Counted from the stretch's first letter, positions 24,202 through 37,109 are shown. The stretch: DNA of 64,000 nucleotides from Mytilus trossulus (GCF_036588685.1 NC_086375.1:40858001-40922000); one strand, 5' to 3'. Notes: generated from the sequence alone by a model not told the origin. Made by a program: numbers and translations.

Positions 24202-25293
24202 ATGCACTTCCAGATCTTAATTCATTAGATTTATTCAAAGACCATCCTATGGATATTGGATCATTAATACCTGAAAGCTTATTAAGAGATTCATCCTTAC
24301 CTTCATCATTAATGGGACGTGACATTCCAACACTGTCGCCACTAACAGGACGTGACATTCAAACACTGTCGCCACTTACGGGACGTGACATTCAAACACT
24401 GTCGCCACTAATGGGAAATGACATTCAAACACCGTCGCCACTACTAGGACGTGACATTCAAACAAGTAATGTAGCCACAACAGAAACAGTGAAATCTGTT
24501 CCGCTTTCTGCAACAAAGCCAGCTACTAAAGCTTTTTTCAGTATGAGAAATGCTGAGATTGGACAGCCCACACAAGTTCAAGCCAACACAACTAAAATAA
24601 CCGTGTCTCCATTTCCGGCAACAGTGGCTCCCTTTCCAGAAACAGTGCCGCCATTTAAAGCGACAGAAATCGTTAAAACTATACTAACATCTGTAGCTAC
24701 GCCACCAGTCAAGTCTTCAATCATTTCAGAGACAATGGTGTATAAGACAAAATTAAAACCCAGCTCATCCGATTTTAATGGGAGAGTTGTTCATGAATTC
24801 CTACCTCAAAATATATGGCGTGACATGAAAACACAATCTAATTCGTTATCAAATGACTTTAAAGATGGTTTTAATGTAGCAGGTTCTTCAATTTTAGTAT
24901 CTGATGTTTTCAAACAGCCTTGGAACCGACCAAATTTAAACGGAGGCTCTTTCATTCTACAAAAAAGAATAAATAAATTAAAACAAAAGAAGAAAATTAG
25001 AAAACAGATTATCAAAAACAAGCAGCCATCGATAGAGCAATTAACAAATATTTTAAAGCGGGAAAACACGCTTCTGAATATAGCACTTGGATTAATCAGT
25101 AAAGACAAGTCTTATTTAAAAGATTCATTATTTAGTAAAAACAAATGTCCGTATAAACCACATTCTCTCAATAAAAAGTTCTTTATGGAGAAGGTAAAGG
25201 ATAATGGATGGATTAAACGGAGGTGTGCCCTTGGAACAGCATATGACCAAGATACATGTGAATGCTCAATCAATATTGGATATCAACCTGAAG
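24202..25293 (+). CDS. Pif/LamG3-like protein, exon 2 (11-aa repeats, Thr/Pro-rich and Lys-rich regions, divergent ChtBD2)
   Basis: tttcag acceptor and G|gtaagt donor, 1092 nt. C-terminal CPYKPH...RRCALGTAYDQDTCEC is the Pif-type chitin-binding motif. Confidence 0.85.
24315..24464 (+). repeat. Coding minisatellite, 33-bp unit (GRDIQTLSPLT), about 4.5 copies
   Basis: ggacgtgacattcaaacactgtcgccacta-like units start at 24315, 24348, 24381, 24414 and 24447. Confidence 0.9.
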
Positions 25294-26217
25294 GTAAGTG
25301 TCGAAATCATTCCAAAATAAAAGGGTTAACAAAGTCACCATATTATACGCTTGCTTAGGAATAAAAGATTATAAAATTGAGAATGGAAAATGGGAATGTG
25401 CCAGAGACAACAACCCGACCATAGAGCAGACAATAGCTGAAGGCCATCAATATATCTTCAATGCAAAGATCAAAACCAACACCCGGAGAAGCCTATCAGT
25501 TCGCCCCTAAACAAATATCTATACTACAGTCATAATGGACGTAGACTAAACTCCGAATTAAAGACACGAAACTAAAATTAGAAATCATACAAACTAACAA
25601 AGGTCAGAGGCTCCTGAATAGGAACAGGCGTAAGAATGCGGCAGGGTGAAACATGTTTTTAGAGATCTCAACCCTCGCCCTATACCTCTAGCCAATGTAG
25701 ATGAAAACAAATGCACAACAATACGCATAGTTAAACTCAGTTTAAGAGAAACGAAGTTCGACGACTTTTATAGCTGACAATGCGGCATGGGCATCTCACC
25801 TTGTTGTAGGCTGTATAGTGGTCTAAGGCTGTCAATTTCTGTGTCATTTGGTCTCTTGTAGAGAGTTGTCTCTTTTGGCAATCATACTCTTTCTGCATTT
25901 ATAGATGAGATTTATTCTATTTACAAATATGCATTCATATACTTCTGAACTAGAAGACTGACACTTGCGCGACCATAGAACTTACATGCTGGCAACTATA
26001 TGTCACCGAATTCTATTTGAGCTCAGTTGAAAACAAAAATAATCTTGAAGGCAAATGGTTCATAACTATTTAAGTATTGTAACATATATATCGTATCTTC
26101 GATTATTCAACTATGGAATACCCTTGAAGCTAAGACACAACTTAGAGACATTGTCAACTCATTTGTTATTAATCTTGATGTGAGATCTTTCAATCATTAT
26201 AGATTTTCTTTTTTAAG

Positions 26218-26579
26218 GCTGTAAACCTGAAGTATTTATGGATTTTAACAAAGGAGCTGTCGTGGATTTATCCTCAAATGAAATACCATTTGGAGTAGAA
26301 GGTGTTGTATCGCTAAGCGACTTGGCCTATTTCAATGGTGCTAGCAGAATCATTATATGGAGATATACAAACTTTGACTTCCAGCATGCAATGACTTTGA
26401 AATTCAGGTTCAAGTCGGAAGCAAAGTCAAGAAGTAAACCTCATCCTCTCATCACAAACTGTGGAACAGGACAAGAAGAACCTTCTTTTGGTGTCATCTT
26501 AAACAGCTTTGCAGATGTCTTGACATTCTTTGTGAAAACTACAGAATCTGAAATAAAATTCCTGACTTTCAAAATAAAT
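26218..26579 (+). CDS. Pif/LamG3-like protein, exon 3 (LamG/ConA-like domain N-half)
   Basis: ttttaag acceptor. CKPEVFMDFN...AYFNGASRI...LITNC...PSFGVIL, then AAT|gtaagt. Confidence 0.85.
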
Positions 26580-26635
26580 GTAAGTCGTAGGTACTTATAA
26601 TATGATAAAATAGTACTACAGTGAAGTCTGTATTA

Positions 26636-27404
26636 GATGTCGGTCATTTACAAACGTTTCAGCCGTATCGTATACGTTGACGTATCCGCATCTGCAGATA
26701 TATCAAAAAATATTATGTGATCCCGAGCTTATTAATAAGACTATACTTCATTTAAGAAAAAAACTAATTAGAGTCTTTTCGAAACAATCAAACTTACACT
26801 TTCAATCTTTGTGATAGAGGGGTGTTTCGTAAAAATGAAATAAGGGGTTTTATCAACTACTTTTACATGCCCTTAAAAAGGAGCCAATGAAGGGCAGGTA
26901 CACGAATATCGTACACAATCCTTTAATACTCTAGTTAAAAAATATTTCAAGATCTTATATGAATAAACACCCAAAAAAATCAAATGTATTACTTATATAC
27001 ATGTAAGGAACTTTGAATATTGTTCATTTGAGATTTTATCATTAAAGGTAATAGAAAGTACTGAGTATCACTCTATTTGTCAATTAACAATTTGGTTCTA
27101 CGTGAGCACAAATTCATACACAAAAAAACAAACGATTTTACCGTATTCACTCCTATCAAGCCTGTAAACTGTTCCAACTATCCGGAATATCTTTAAAAGT
27201 AGGGTTACATATTCCACAAAAACTCGATATTTCCTTATAGTTTAGTAAATTTCTGCATTAGAAATTAATCAGTCGCCCATTTGCATATTATTGAAAATAC
27301 ATAAAATTAAAGCTCGGGATCATATACTGTGATTTGGTATATCTGCAGATGCGGATACGTCAACGTATATCATACGGTTGATACGTCTTTAAATGGCCGA
27401 CCTC
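26636..27404. mobile_element. Non-autonomous DNA transposon with ~95-bp TIRs and TATTA duplication, nested in a TA-flanked CAGT...ACTG MITE (~26619-27712)
   Basis: gatgtcggtcattt...gacgtatccgcatctgcagatat...gatcccgagcttt is mirrored at 27309-27404; tatta on both sides. Confidence 0.85.
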
Positions 27405-27552
27405 TATTAAGAGACCACTCAAGGTAGAGCAAAAACGTGTCTTTTGATACAGGTTCAATCTATATGAAATACTTTACTTTTTGAAATTTTGGATCCTCAA
27501 TGCTCTTAATTCTACTTTGTACTTGTTTGGCTTTATAATTATTTTGATATGA

Positions 27553-27596
27553 GCGTCACTGATGAGTCTAATGTAGACGAAACGCGCGTCTGACGT
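27553..27596 (+). ncRNA. Intact minimal type I hammerhead ribozyme, family 1 (in retrozyme fragment ~27481-27629)
   Basis: GCGUCA-CUGAUGA-GUCUA-AUG-UAGAC-GAA-AC-GCGC-GU-C-UGACGU: all core nucleotides, perfect stems I and II, GUC cleavage triplet. Confidence 0.88.
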
Positions 27597-29450
27597 ACTA
27601 AATTATAATCCTGGTACTTTTGATAACTAATTACAGAGAGATATAATATTAATGGTCTTATTACACAGGTTTTTAGCTTTATACAGGTGGTTTCTTAAGC
27701 ATTTTTGACTGTAAATGCATAAACAGTTTAATTCAAAATACAAATGTGTGTCTTCTTGAAAAATATAGGATTCGATTAAAGTTTTACTAAGCTTATTATG
27801 CAATAACGAATCAAAGGCGATCGAGATATTTGTTATAATATGGCTCCTAGTATGAACATTTTTTAAAAGTATGAATAATTGTGTCAGTTGTAACGAAAAT
27901 GTTTAGTACTGTTTTGCATTCAAAGATTGTCCAACAATAATGAAAAATGCCATACATTATTTATATTTAAACAATACGGCATTCATACAACATTCACTTT
28001 TGACAAATGCAATGTAAAGTATATTTTAACCTGATAATTGGTATAAAAGTATGTAAATAGGTGTAAGTAAGACGGTCATTATAGAGACAAGGGATTACAT
28101 TGTCGACAAAAGTGCCTATAAATGGATTAATAAACCCTGATAAGGGATTTGGTATTAATTTTGCTACTTTTCGTAATGTAAAGTATGGTATCTGATGTGT
28201 CAAATAATTAAAACAGTCCTAGGGTATTTTTCATTAAAACAGATTATGAAAATTGATTCTTTTACTAAAATGTTCATGACTGAGAGTATACTTCTCGTAA
28301 GATTTTTTCTGTGAGATGAGTTACTAACTTTTAACACGATAAGATCGTAATGTTGTATAACAATAACAGGTTTTTGTGTTTTAGCATTATTAATCAAATT
28401 TGCTTGACAAATGTTCTGTTTATTATGCTTTGTTTGTGGTTTGTTTGTCTTCCCTCAAAATCTAATTTTAAAATAGTTAACCACGCTTTAATGGAAATTG
28501 CTTTCACCCACACCCAGTGACATTCAGTGACAATTATTTTCCCTTTGTCCCTTTACTTAATATTTAAAAATATTCTATGCTTGCCAGTGATTTGAGTACG
28601 AAATTGATTTTGAGGAAATGTGTTATTTCCTATGCAAAATAGGATCAAACAAATGATCAAATAATTAAGACAGCAAAAAAGACATATTGTTTATTACAAA
28701 TTCATGTGTTTGTAAAAGATATACTTATGAATTCAAAAACATGTAAGTTATAAGTACTTACAATTTATTACTTCGTTACCTTTTCCGTCTTTATTAGACT
28801 CGCATTGCATACGTGATTAATTAACCTTGTCTGGAGTTTATAAGTCTTGTTTTAGATTATTTTTATTATATTTAATTTTAGAAACCGGATTAAGACGTAT
28901 AGATTGCTGCAAATTAAATTACCGTCCTTACCTAACTTGGTTGTACAATTTTTCTTTAGAATTGAGAAACGTGTGTGGTCATGATGTTAATTTCATCAAA
29001 TCACCCGGATCATGCTTTCACATATTTTTTTATCTATTTTATTTTTTTAGTAAATGATAGGTCTAGTATTTATTTAATGCATAACTATGTGCAAAGTGGT
29101 CGTTTCAGGACAAATATTTTATTTAAATGTTTATGTTCTTGACTTCAAAGTGATAAAACAAAAGTCACTTTTGCATTTTAATTTTAAGGGACGGACAAAA
29201 ATCATATGCTTTACAATTGAGAGGGCCAAATTATTGCTCTCGTCAACCTTTTTCACTTATATGGTGGGTTATCTTGTTCCAAGTCAGGAATATTACAGTT
29301 CTTGTCCATTCGTTTTTATGTGTTTTGTCATTTGATTTTGCCATGCGATTATGAACTTTCCGATTGGATTTTCTGAGTTCAGTATTTTTGTTATTTTAAT
29401 TTTTAAATTTTTTAAAGTGTCTGAAGTAAAACTATTTGTATATTTTACAG

Positions 29451-29541
29451 CCAATGGAATGGAATGATGTTATATATTCGTACGACGGAGAATATTTGAC
29501 AGGCAAAGTAAATGGTTTAGAAAAAAGAGAATCTGTTAATG
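29451..29541 (+). CDS. Pif/LamG3-like protein, exon 4
   Basis: ttttacag acceptor. PMEWNDVIYSYDGEYLTGKVNG, the LamG W..V...YDG motif; G|gtaatt donor. Confidence 0.85.
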
Positions 29542-30616
29542 GTAATTGTATATATTTTTTTAATCTTCTAAATTATTTCAATAAAGCAGAATCTATAAAG
29601 CAATATTTCCCCCCATAAAAAAACATATAAACTTTCGATCTTCGATGATAAACAAGTAAATAAGTATGAATAGCAAAGCAGAATACACAATCTAAGCAAA
29701 AATGCAGTTTAAACAATACGTCAAAAAAATATCAGAAAATATTCAAATTTCTCGTATCAAGCTAATGTTTGTAATTTGAGTGACCAGAAGTCATAACTTT
29801 ACTATAACTTTCTCATTGAGATTCCCCATACAGCAAAGGAGTAAACCGTGAGAAACTAATCCTTATCTTTGATAAACTAGAATTTTCCATGAAATGAATT
29901 GTCTAAAACATTTTTTCGAAACAATTTGTTCACAAAACAAAAACATGTTGAGGAAAGAAAATGATTTCAAAACAGATTACGACAGCACAATATGTGATGG
30001 GGAATAAAAACATTAAATGCATAACAAGAACATCAAAGAGATATGAAATACCCATACTATTTAAACATGGCGTCGAATTTCATTAAAATAAAAGATTTGA
30101 ATGTCTGAACTTACAAATAAAAACTTGTCTAGCATCGAACAATAATATACTTGACAAATACCTAAACACACTCTTAGGCTTATCAAAATATCATTGATTT
30201 ATCTATGTAAATGTTATTATTCATTTTGCATGTTCAAAGGTAATACAAGGTGGATTTACTTGATGATATATTGAAATTATTGTCCATAATTATACTCTAC
30301 TCAATATTGTAAAAGTGTCCATATAATATGGTCGTATTGTTGAATAATTCCAGTACTCCACGAGATACATTTTTCCATTCCTTACATTGATTCTTTAAGC
30401 AATCAAACTTGGAATTCAAAGTTTCTGTGAAACTCCCTATTCAAAAACTATGTGAATCAGATGGAAATCTATAATTCAAATAGTCTGCTGTCGGGGTTCA
30501 TTCATTCAAATTCCTCTCATGCAAAGGTGTATACAGCATGGGATGTCTCAATTACTTACACAAGAATTCTAACTTCTTAGCTGAAATACAAATGAAAGAA
30601 AAGTTCAACTCTATCA

Positions 30617-30770
30617 AAGAGGGACGAAAGATACCAAAGGGACAGTCAAACTCATAAATCTAAAACAAACTAACAACGCCATGGCTAAAAATGAAAAAGA
30701 CAAACAGACAAACAACAGTACACATGACACAACATAGAAAACTAAACAATAAACAGCACGAACCCCAAAA
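30617..30770 (+). repeat. Interspersed repeat fragment; related fragments at ~6215-6430 and 32580-32650
   Basis: gacgaaagataccaaagggacagtcaaactcataaatc...aaaactaaa...cacgaacccc. Confidence 0.5.
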
Positions 30771-31151
30771 ATGTCCAATGTTGTTATGTTCTGACAAACT
30801 TCAAATCAATGGCTGTAGCCGCTTCATTACTTCGTTCATTTTTATCACTGGATTGTTGGGTTTGTTTTTACCTGACCTTCATGTAAAGGCTGCAACTCTA
30901 GAATCATGATCTTTTGGTTATATTTGTTTACACTATTCTTTCCGTTTTCATTTCTTCTTTTTATTCTAACAGCGATGTTCGTGCTGCTAAGTCTGAAGTT
31001 TTTTGTTTTATGTTAATTTCATTTTCCTTTTTAAGGTTGCCGTTTATTGCCGTTCATTTCCATAGAAGAGCTTACATATTTGCTTTATAAATGTTTAAAA
31101 TGTTAATAACGCATATGTATTGTTGCTAATGATAATTCCCTTATTAAACAG

Positions 31152-31231
31152 GAAATGTTGAGATACGATCAGCAGAAATGATGTTTGGACACTGCGAAAG
31201 ATATGGATATTTCAAAGGTTTCTTGGATGAC
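31152..31231 (+). CDS. Pif/LamG3-like protein, exon 5
   Basis: GNVEIRSAEMMFGHCERYGYFKGFLDD|gtaagt, the LamG F.G.lDD motif. Confidence 0.85.
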
Positions 31232-31635
31232 GTAAGTAACTGAAAAATAAAATCACCTCTCAAGTTGTTAGTTGATTTCGACTTTAAACTTATTCGAGCG
31301 GCCACTAATGAATCTGGTCTAGCCGAAACCCGCGTCTAACGTAATTAAGTTATAATAGAACACAAGTGAAAATTTCAAGTAAAAATGTTGTTATTTTCTA
31401 TAAGACTACTGTACACCATGCATGAAAGGACCAGCTAAGCCTGATATATTAAATGGGCTTTATTCAGAAACTAGGTACATATTATTAGTTGTTTTCTTGC
31501 AAATATATAACTGATTGTCCATTTCTTGGAAAGGATAACTTAATTGCTGATTTTGCGAACTGGACGTACTCTCTCTCTAAGATATAAGCGATTAAACTGA
31601 CAAGAAACCTAATGTATGTACAATGAAGCGTAAAG

Positions 31636-31958
31636 TAAAATTGAGAATGGAAATGGGGAATGTGTCAAAGAGACAACAACCCAACCAAATAAAAAAACCA
31701 ACAGTAGAAGGTCACCAACAGGTCTTCAATGAAGCGAGAAATTCCCGCACCCGGAGGCGTCCTTCAGTTGGCCCCTACACAAATATATACTAGTTCAGTG
31801 ATAATGAACGCCATACTAATTTCCAAATTGTACATAAGAAACTAAAATTAGAATAATACAAGACTAACAAAGGTCAGAGGCTCCTGACTTGGGACAGGCG
31901 CAAAAATGCGGCGGGGTTAAACATGTTTGTGAGATCTCAACCCTCCCCTATACCTCTA
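31636..31958 (+). repeat. Abundant interspersed repeat; copies at ~9416, 25374-25745, 50145-50400, 58570 and reverse at 45180-45350, 53873-54075, 61417-61630
   Basis: aaaattgagaatggaaatggggaatgtgtcaaagagacaacaacc... shared at high identity. Confidence 0.85.
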
Positions 31959-33082
31959 AGGTTATCGATCATAAGAAAGTGGTTCATGCTATCCATCGAA
32001 TAATACTACAAAAACAGAATTGTTATAAAGTGAATGATAAATGCAACACTTCCAATCTTATAATGCTCTGATGGTAATTGTTTGTAAGGAAGAAAATCTG
32101 TGGAAACATTTCAAATGCCTAGAATAACAAGGTTGAGCACAGATAAAACAATGCCAGTAATTCAAACGACATATACTCAAATCCTAGAATAAAATCAAAG
32201 TAAAATACAAAACTGCGGGAATCGCATGAACTACAAAAGGAGCCAGACCAAATGTATCAACGTGGCAAAATTCTCCTGATATGTTTGCGTCCCCCAATGT
32301 GAATGCAGAAAAAGCTAAAATTTCAGAATTAGGAATAGGACGCAATCGATCTAATAGAAGTTCAGACAACTTAGCTAGCAGCTTCAGACCTAAGACTGTT
32401 TAAACATGCTATGAAGTTGACATACTGACATATCGTATCGGTCACCTCATGCGTGACAGTAACTGTAAAGTTAATGTGGTGTCAAAATCATAAAAATAGA
32501 AGTACGTCAATGATGTACATAAAACAGCAGAGCCAAGATAATAATTCAAAAGGAAAATCGTGTAAATTTTTAAAAAAAAAAAGGCAAAAGATACCAACAG
32601 GATTTGTAGTTCATACTAGTTAGTCAAAGAGAAACTGTCAAAGTCGTGGCAAAATGTCTTCTTTTATCATTTAAATCCTGTCCATTTGTATTATTTACCT
32701 TAATGAGTCATATTTAACTTGGGTGGTCACATTTTCTCGAACACGGAGTGAGCGATAAATAAAGTAGAAGGGATCAACAATATCATACTTTAACTGGATC
32801 TTAATAACTATGTGTTTCATAATAACAAGTAAAACCCAATCTTAGTATATTTAAGGAAGTGGTTAACATATTTAATTTAATCAAGTCCAACTGAAAAATG
32901 CCATATTGAAAGTGAAAATTAAGGCACTCAAATAAGAAATAAACATGCACAGAGGTATGGAGAATATCAACTTCCAAGTGTGTCTTACTTATTTGCTAAA
33001 TAATGGAACGTACTTGTGGGGCGACATTTTTATCTGTCAAAGAACTTCACTTACAAAATGTAACGTATTGGCGGGAGCAACA

Positions 33083-33375
33083 TTTGTATGCCCCATTGAT
33101 GGGCATTATGTTTTCTGGTCTGTGTGTCCCTTCGTTCGTTCGTGCGTCCGTCCTTACGTCCGTTTGTCCGTCTATCCCGCTTCAGGTTGACGTTTTTGGT
33201 CGAGGTAGTTTTTGATGAAGTTGAAGTCCAATCAACTTGAAACTTGTTCAATATGATATGACCTTTCTAATTTCAATGCTAAATTGGAAATTTTATCCAA
33301 TTTTCACGGTCCACTGAACATGGAATATGATAGTGCGGATGGGGCATCCGTGTACTTGAAACACATTGTTGTTTT
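33083..33375. mobile_element. Helentron/HINE (DINE-1-like) non-autonomous element
   Basis: Terminal hairpin atgccccattgatgggcat, (gtcc/gttc)n microsatellite, subterminal ggggcat inverted repeat and T-rich ends. Confidence 0.6.
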
Positions 33376-33993
33376 TTATCAAGTAAAAAGGTTTGCATTA
33401 TATACTTATATTCTGCAATTCAAATATTACTTTTGGTTTATAAAACTTGAAAGAACGACACTTTAAATGTCCAGGTCTGAAAACATCAAATTTATCATTT
33501 ACCCAGAATGATACCTTATAATTTAAACATTCATTAACTTTAAAGATAATTATCATTTGTAAACCTTAATCTATATTTCATGTATAATATTTTACCTGAT
33601 TAGTATGTCTTTTGTGACATCTGACGACATGAAATAATGTTGTTTACTAACAAAGAAAGTATTGTCTCCGCCCAGGCATAATAATTACCATGAATAATGA
33701 AACATTTGCCAAGTATATACAAAATGTGACTAAAAATATGTGTCTGTCCAGGCAGTTACATTAAATCAAAAACAAATATTCTACTTTTTACATAAAACAA
33801 ACAAAACATACAAATATCTATATGTGCGGTAGATTTACATTATGAAAGTAATTGGCTTACTTCTGAAAAAAGTTTAAAAATATGAGCATGTTTTTTTTCT
33901 CCTTTTTATTTTTGTTTCCTTTATTTAATATTTTAATTTTTAAAATCAATTCGTCTCATATTTATCATGTTGTAATTTTTAATATTTTTACAG

Positions 33994-34029
33994 GTGAAAA
34001 TATACAATTGTGTACCTAAAGAAATATGA
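33994..34029 (+). CDS. Pif/LamG3-like protein, last exon (VKIYNCVPKEI*)
   Basis: tttttacag acceptor, phase 0; completes the DD-V.IY.C.P LamG terminus. Total CDS 1728 nt, 575 aa. Confidence 0.8.
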   Translation: MKIYNCVPKEI

Positions 34030-35326
34030 GCATTTGCATTTTACTACGGGATAGAAAAACTGGACTAAGTTCGGTGATGAACTTCTTGTAACAACGACGT
34101 TGAATAAAAACGGAAATTAGCGACAATCTTATATTGCCAAATTCCAGATTGCATTGCAAATACTTTTGAGTAATTGTAAACTAACTTATTTATATCGTTC
34201 ATCTGCTAATTTTGCAAATTACCTTATTTTTACTTATGTGTTAGTTCAATGTAAATGTTTATTAACGTAATACTGTAAACAAAAGCAATTTAGTTTGTAT
34301 TGTCTACAAATATAACATAGGTTTACTTAGAGATTGATCTACCTAAAGTGAAAAGCATGTTACTAGTACTAGAAGACTAGATAATGTCACTTTTAAATTA
34401 ATGATTAACGTACATTGTATAAGGAAGTACGTGCAAATGTACATGCTGTGTGTTAAATGATTGTATTTTAAATGTATAATATTATTTGTTTATCTTCTTT
34501 ATTTGAATAAGGCACAGCTCTTGTTTTATTATGTACTTTAAATATCGCTATTTAGATCAAAGCAGTTACTTTCACTACTGTTTTGATGGAAATCAATCAT
34601 AAATCATGTATACAAGTTTAAGTTTCTATTGATATAAGTAGATAGTAGAACACTTGATAAAAATGTTTTTTAAATGACATTTCAAGATAGTACAAGTATG
34701 AAGAATAAAACTAAATCATAATACCTTGTTGATTGGTCTTTCAATATTGTTTAATCAATATGATTTAGAAAAATATGTATAGCATAAATGTCTAATGATA
34801 TTTTGTTTTGTGTCTATTTGAATACAAGTTTGCTTATTCAGATGTAGAATATGTGTACAATCTTTGGGTTCTCTTTTACTGGTGATATTTGATATCACAG
34901 TTTATCATAGCTAACACCCCAAGACAATACAACAGAAAAAATGCCTGTTAATATAAAGATAAGGGAATCCACAAATGATATTTTTCTTAAACAAATCGTT
35001 TCATTATACAAAACAAACGGCTATCATAACAAAAACTATAAATCAGTACAGACCCTAGACACAAAGATAAAATACACTTGCCAATACTGTGGATTCTTTA
35101 TTATTCGTTGGAAACCAATTTTCGTGGATTTCGTAGGTACATATTAACAACGAAATTAAATGTTCAACGAATCACAAATTTAATATAGGATTGTATGCAG
35201 ACTTAAGCAAAATAAAGAAATTGAATGTCCATGAACATGCAAGTTTTCCAGAACCACGAAAACTGGTACCCACGAAAAATAAACAAATCAAAAGTATTAC
35301 AGTTTGGCTTTATAAATATTTTGATA

Positions 35327-35370
35327 GCGTCACTGATGAGTCTTATGTAGACGAAACACGCGTCTGGCAT
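35327..35370 (+). ncRNA. Type I hammerhead ribozyme, family 1, core intact, stems I and III partly mutated
   Basis: GCGUCA-CUGAUGA-GUCU-UAUGU-AGAC-GAA-AC-ACGC-GU-C-UGGCAU. Confidence 0.72.
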
Positions 35371-36923
35371 ACTAAATTAAAACCCTGGTACCTTTGATAA
35401 CTACAATGTATTAATACTTTCTAAAACACACACAGTCCAAAACTTAATATCACTTACCACTCAGTACAATGATAACTAGACGATGACACCTTTCAAACAG
35501 AATTTTACAGCTGTGTTAGAATGTTATAATGTTACTTTTATAAAGCTCTTATTGACCTATGCTTAAAGTATAATGAACTAGACTATATTGTATCTAATCG
35601 TTGGTTGTATATGTCGAGTTTCGTGAACAGTTGTTTAGTATAAATTAAAAAGCTTTTGTTTTGTTTGGTTATAATCATGTCTGGGCTGTGTTTTTTAGCG
35701 TACTGCCCCTCATAAAGGAACATCTTATTTGCAGTAAACAAAGCTATTAGTTGCTTCCTTAGACAGACCTTAGCCTCATTAATATTTGTTATAATTTGCG
35801 GTTCTAAGCTTAACTAACTATATCAAAAGGCCCAAACTTTTATTGATAATAGTTCTGCAAAATGTTAGCTTAGCTTTACGATTTGTAAATATACAGATGC
35901 ACGACTTTTGATTTTTTTATTTGAGAAAAAAAGTTGTTTTGAATTTTTCTTGGAGTTCTGATATTGTTGTTATTTTACTTTTTTTATGAATTTGAAGCAT
36001 CCAAAACCATTTTTCTAGATTTACAATCACCAGGAACACTCATAGCACTCGGTTTGTATTTGTAACCTTGATTTGCTTTTATAATCAATTTTTCTTCGAT
36101 TTAAACATTTATAAACTACTGCTTATAGTATTGCCCTAGTTTATCATCTTATAAATGCATTTTTTTACCTCAAATGTAAACAATCTACACATGAAGAAGA
36201 AGTTTTGGACAGGATTTAACTTCAAATAATACAATGCCACCTACCTTTGTTAAAACCCTACTAGTACAGATTAATGTTCAAAACGAAGATTTAATTACTA
36301 TTCCTTTATTATAAAATACTTATCACAGTTTATTTCACATTTTGCATTTCAAACAACAAATTTCAAGATATTGCTACATGGATATAATGGTTTTAAAAAA
36401 ACTATATTGCAAAAGGCTGTTCAAAACTTGGCTGTATAGAATGGGTGTCAAGGGTACATGATACAGTTACAGTGGAGGTCATGATATTGCTAACATAAGG
36501 TATATTTTTTTCACAACATCAAACTGTGACATATCCAGGAAATATGTACTGGTATTTTACAACTGATTTTTATCATTGAGACTAGTTTAACTTAAATACG
36601 AGTTCATGTACCCTTCTTTCTTACAATTTTTTCAATTTTTGATAACATATTAAAATTATTTGTGCCAATATTTATGAAAAAGTCATTTCGTCTGGTCTAA
36701 AACTGGAGTAATATCTTGCTGAAGCTGCCATTACACCTGTTTCTTAGTTGCGTACAAATACAGCTAATATTTAAAGACACTAAACAGTTATCGTCTATGT
36801 AAATGCTAAGTAATGACAATGGCTCACATAGATTTAAACAGCCTAATTAAAAATAAATTAAATCAAATTAAATTACATTCTCCTATATAAATTGCACAAA
36901 ATTACCCTATAAAAGTCCTACAA

Positions 36924-37109
36924 TCATAAAAAATCAAAAGGTGGTAGGCCATAATGTTCTGGCACAAAATGTTCTAGGGAGTCTAACACTAAGGAACATT
37001 TATCTTTATGTGTATTTCTGTCTTGTTCGTCGTGTGGTACCCATACACACCTCATTCCTGCTGCATGAGCTGCATCTACACCATTGGGTGCATCTTCAAA
37101 TACCAACAC
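36924..37109 (-). CDS. PUDP: Pseudouridine-5'-phosphatase (HAD family), last exon
   Basis: VLVFEDAPNGVDAAHAAGMRCVWVP...SLEHFVPEHYGLPPF: HAD motif IV and the typical HDHD1 C-terminus. Confidence 0.92.
   Translation of the reverse strand: MLVFEDAPNGVDAAHAAGMRCVWVPHDEQDRNTHKDKCSLVLDSLEHFVPEHYGLPPFDFL

Noticed and set aside
32040-32560. Coding-looking intronic segment
   Set aside because: Interrupted by stops, with no recognisable motif or convincing splice sites; possibly an old TE or pseudogene fragment.
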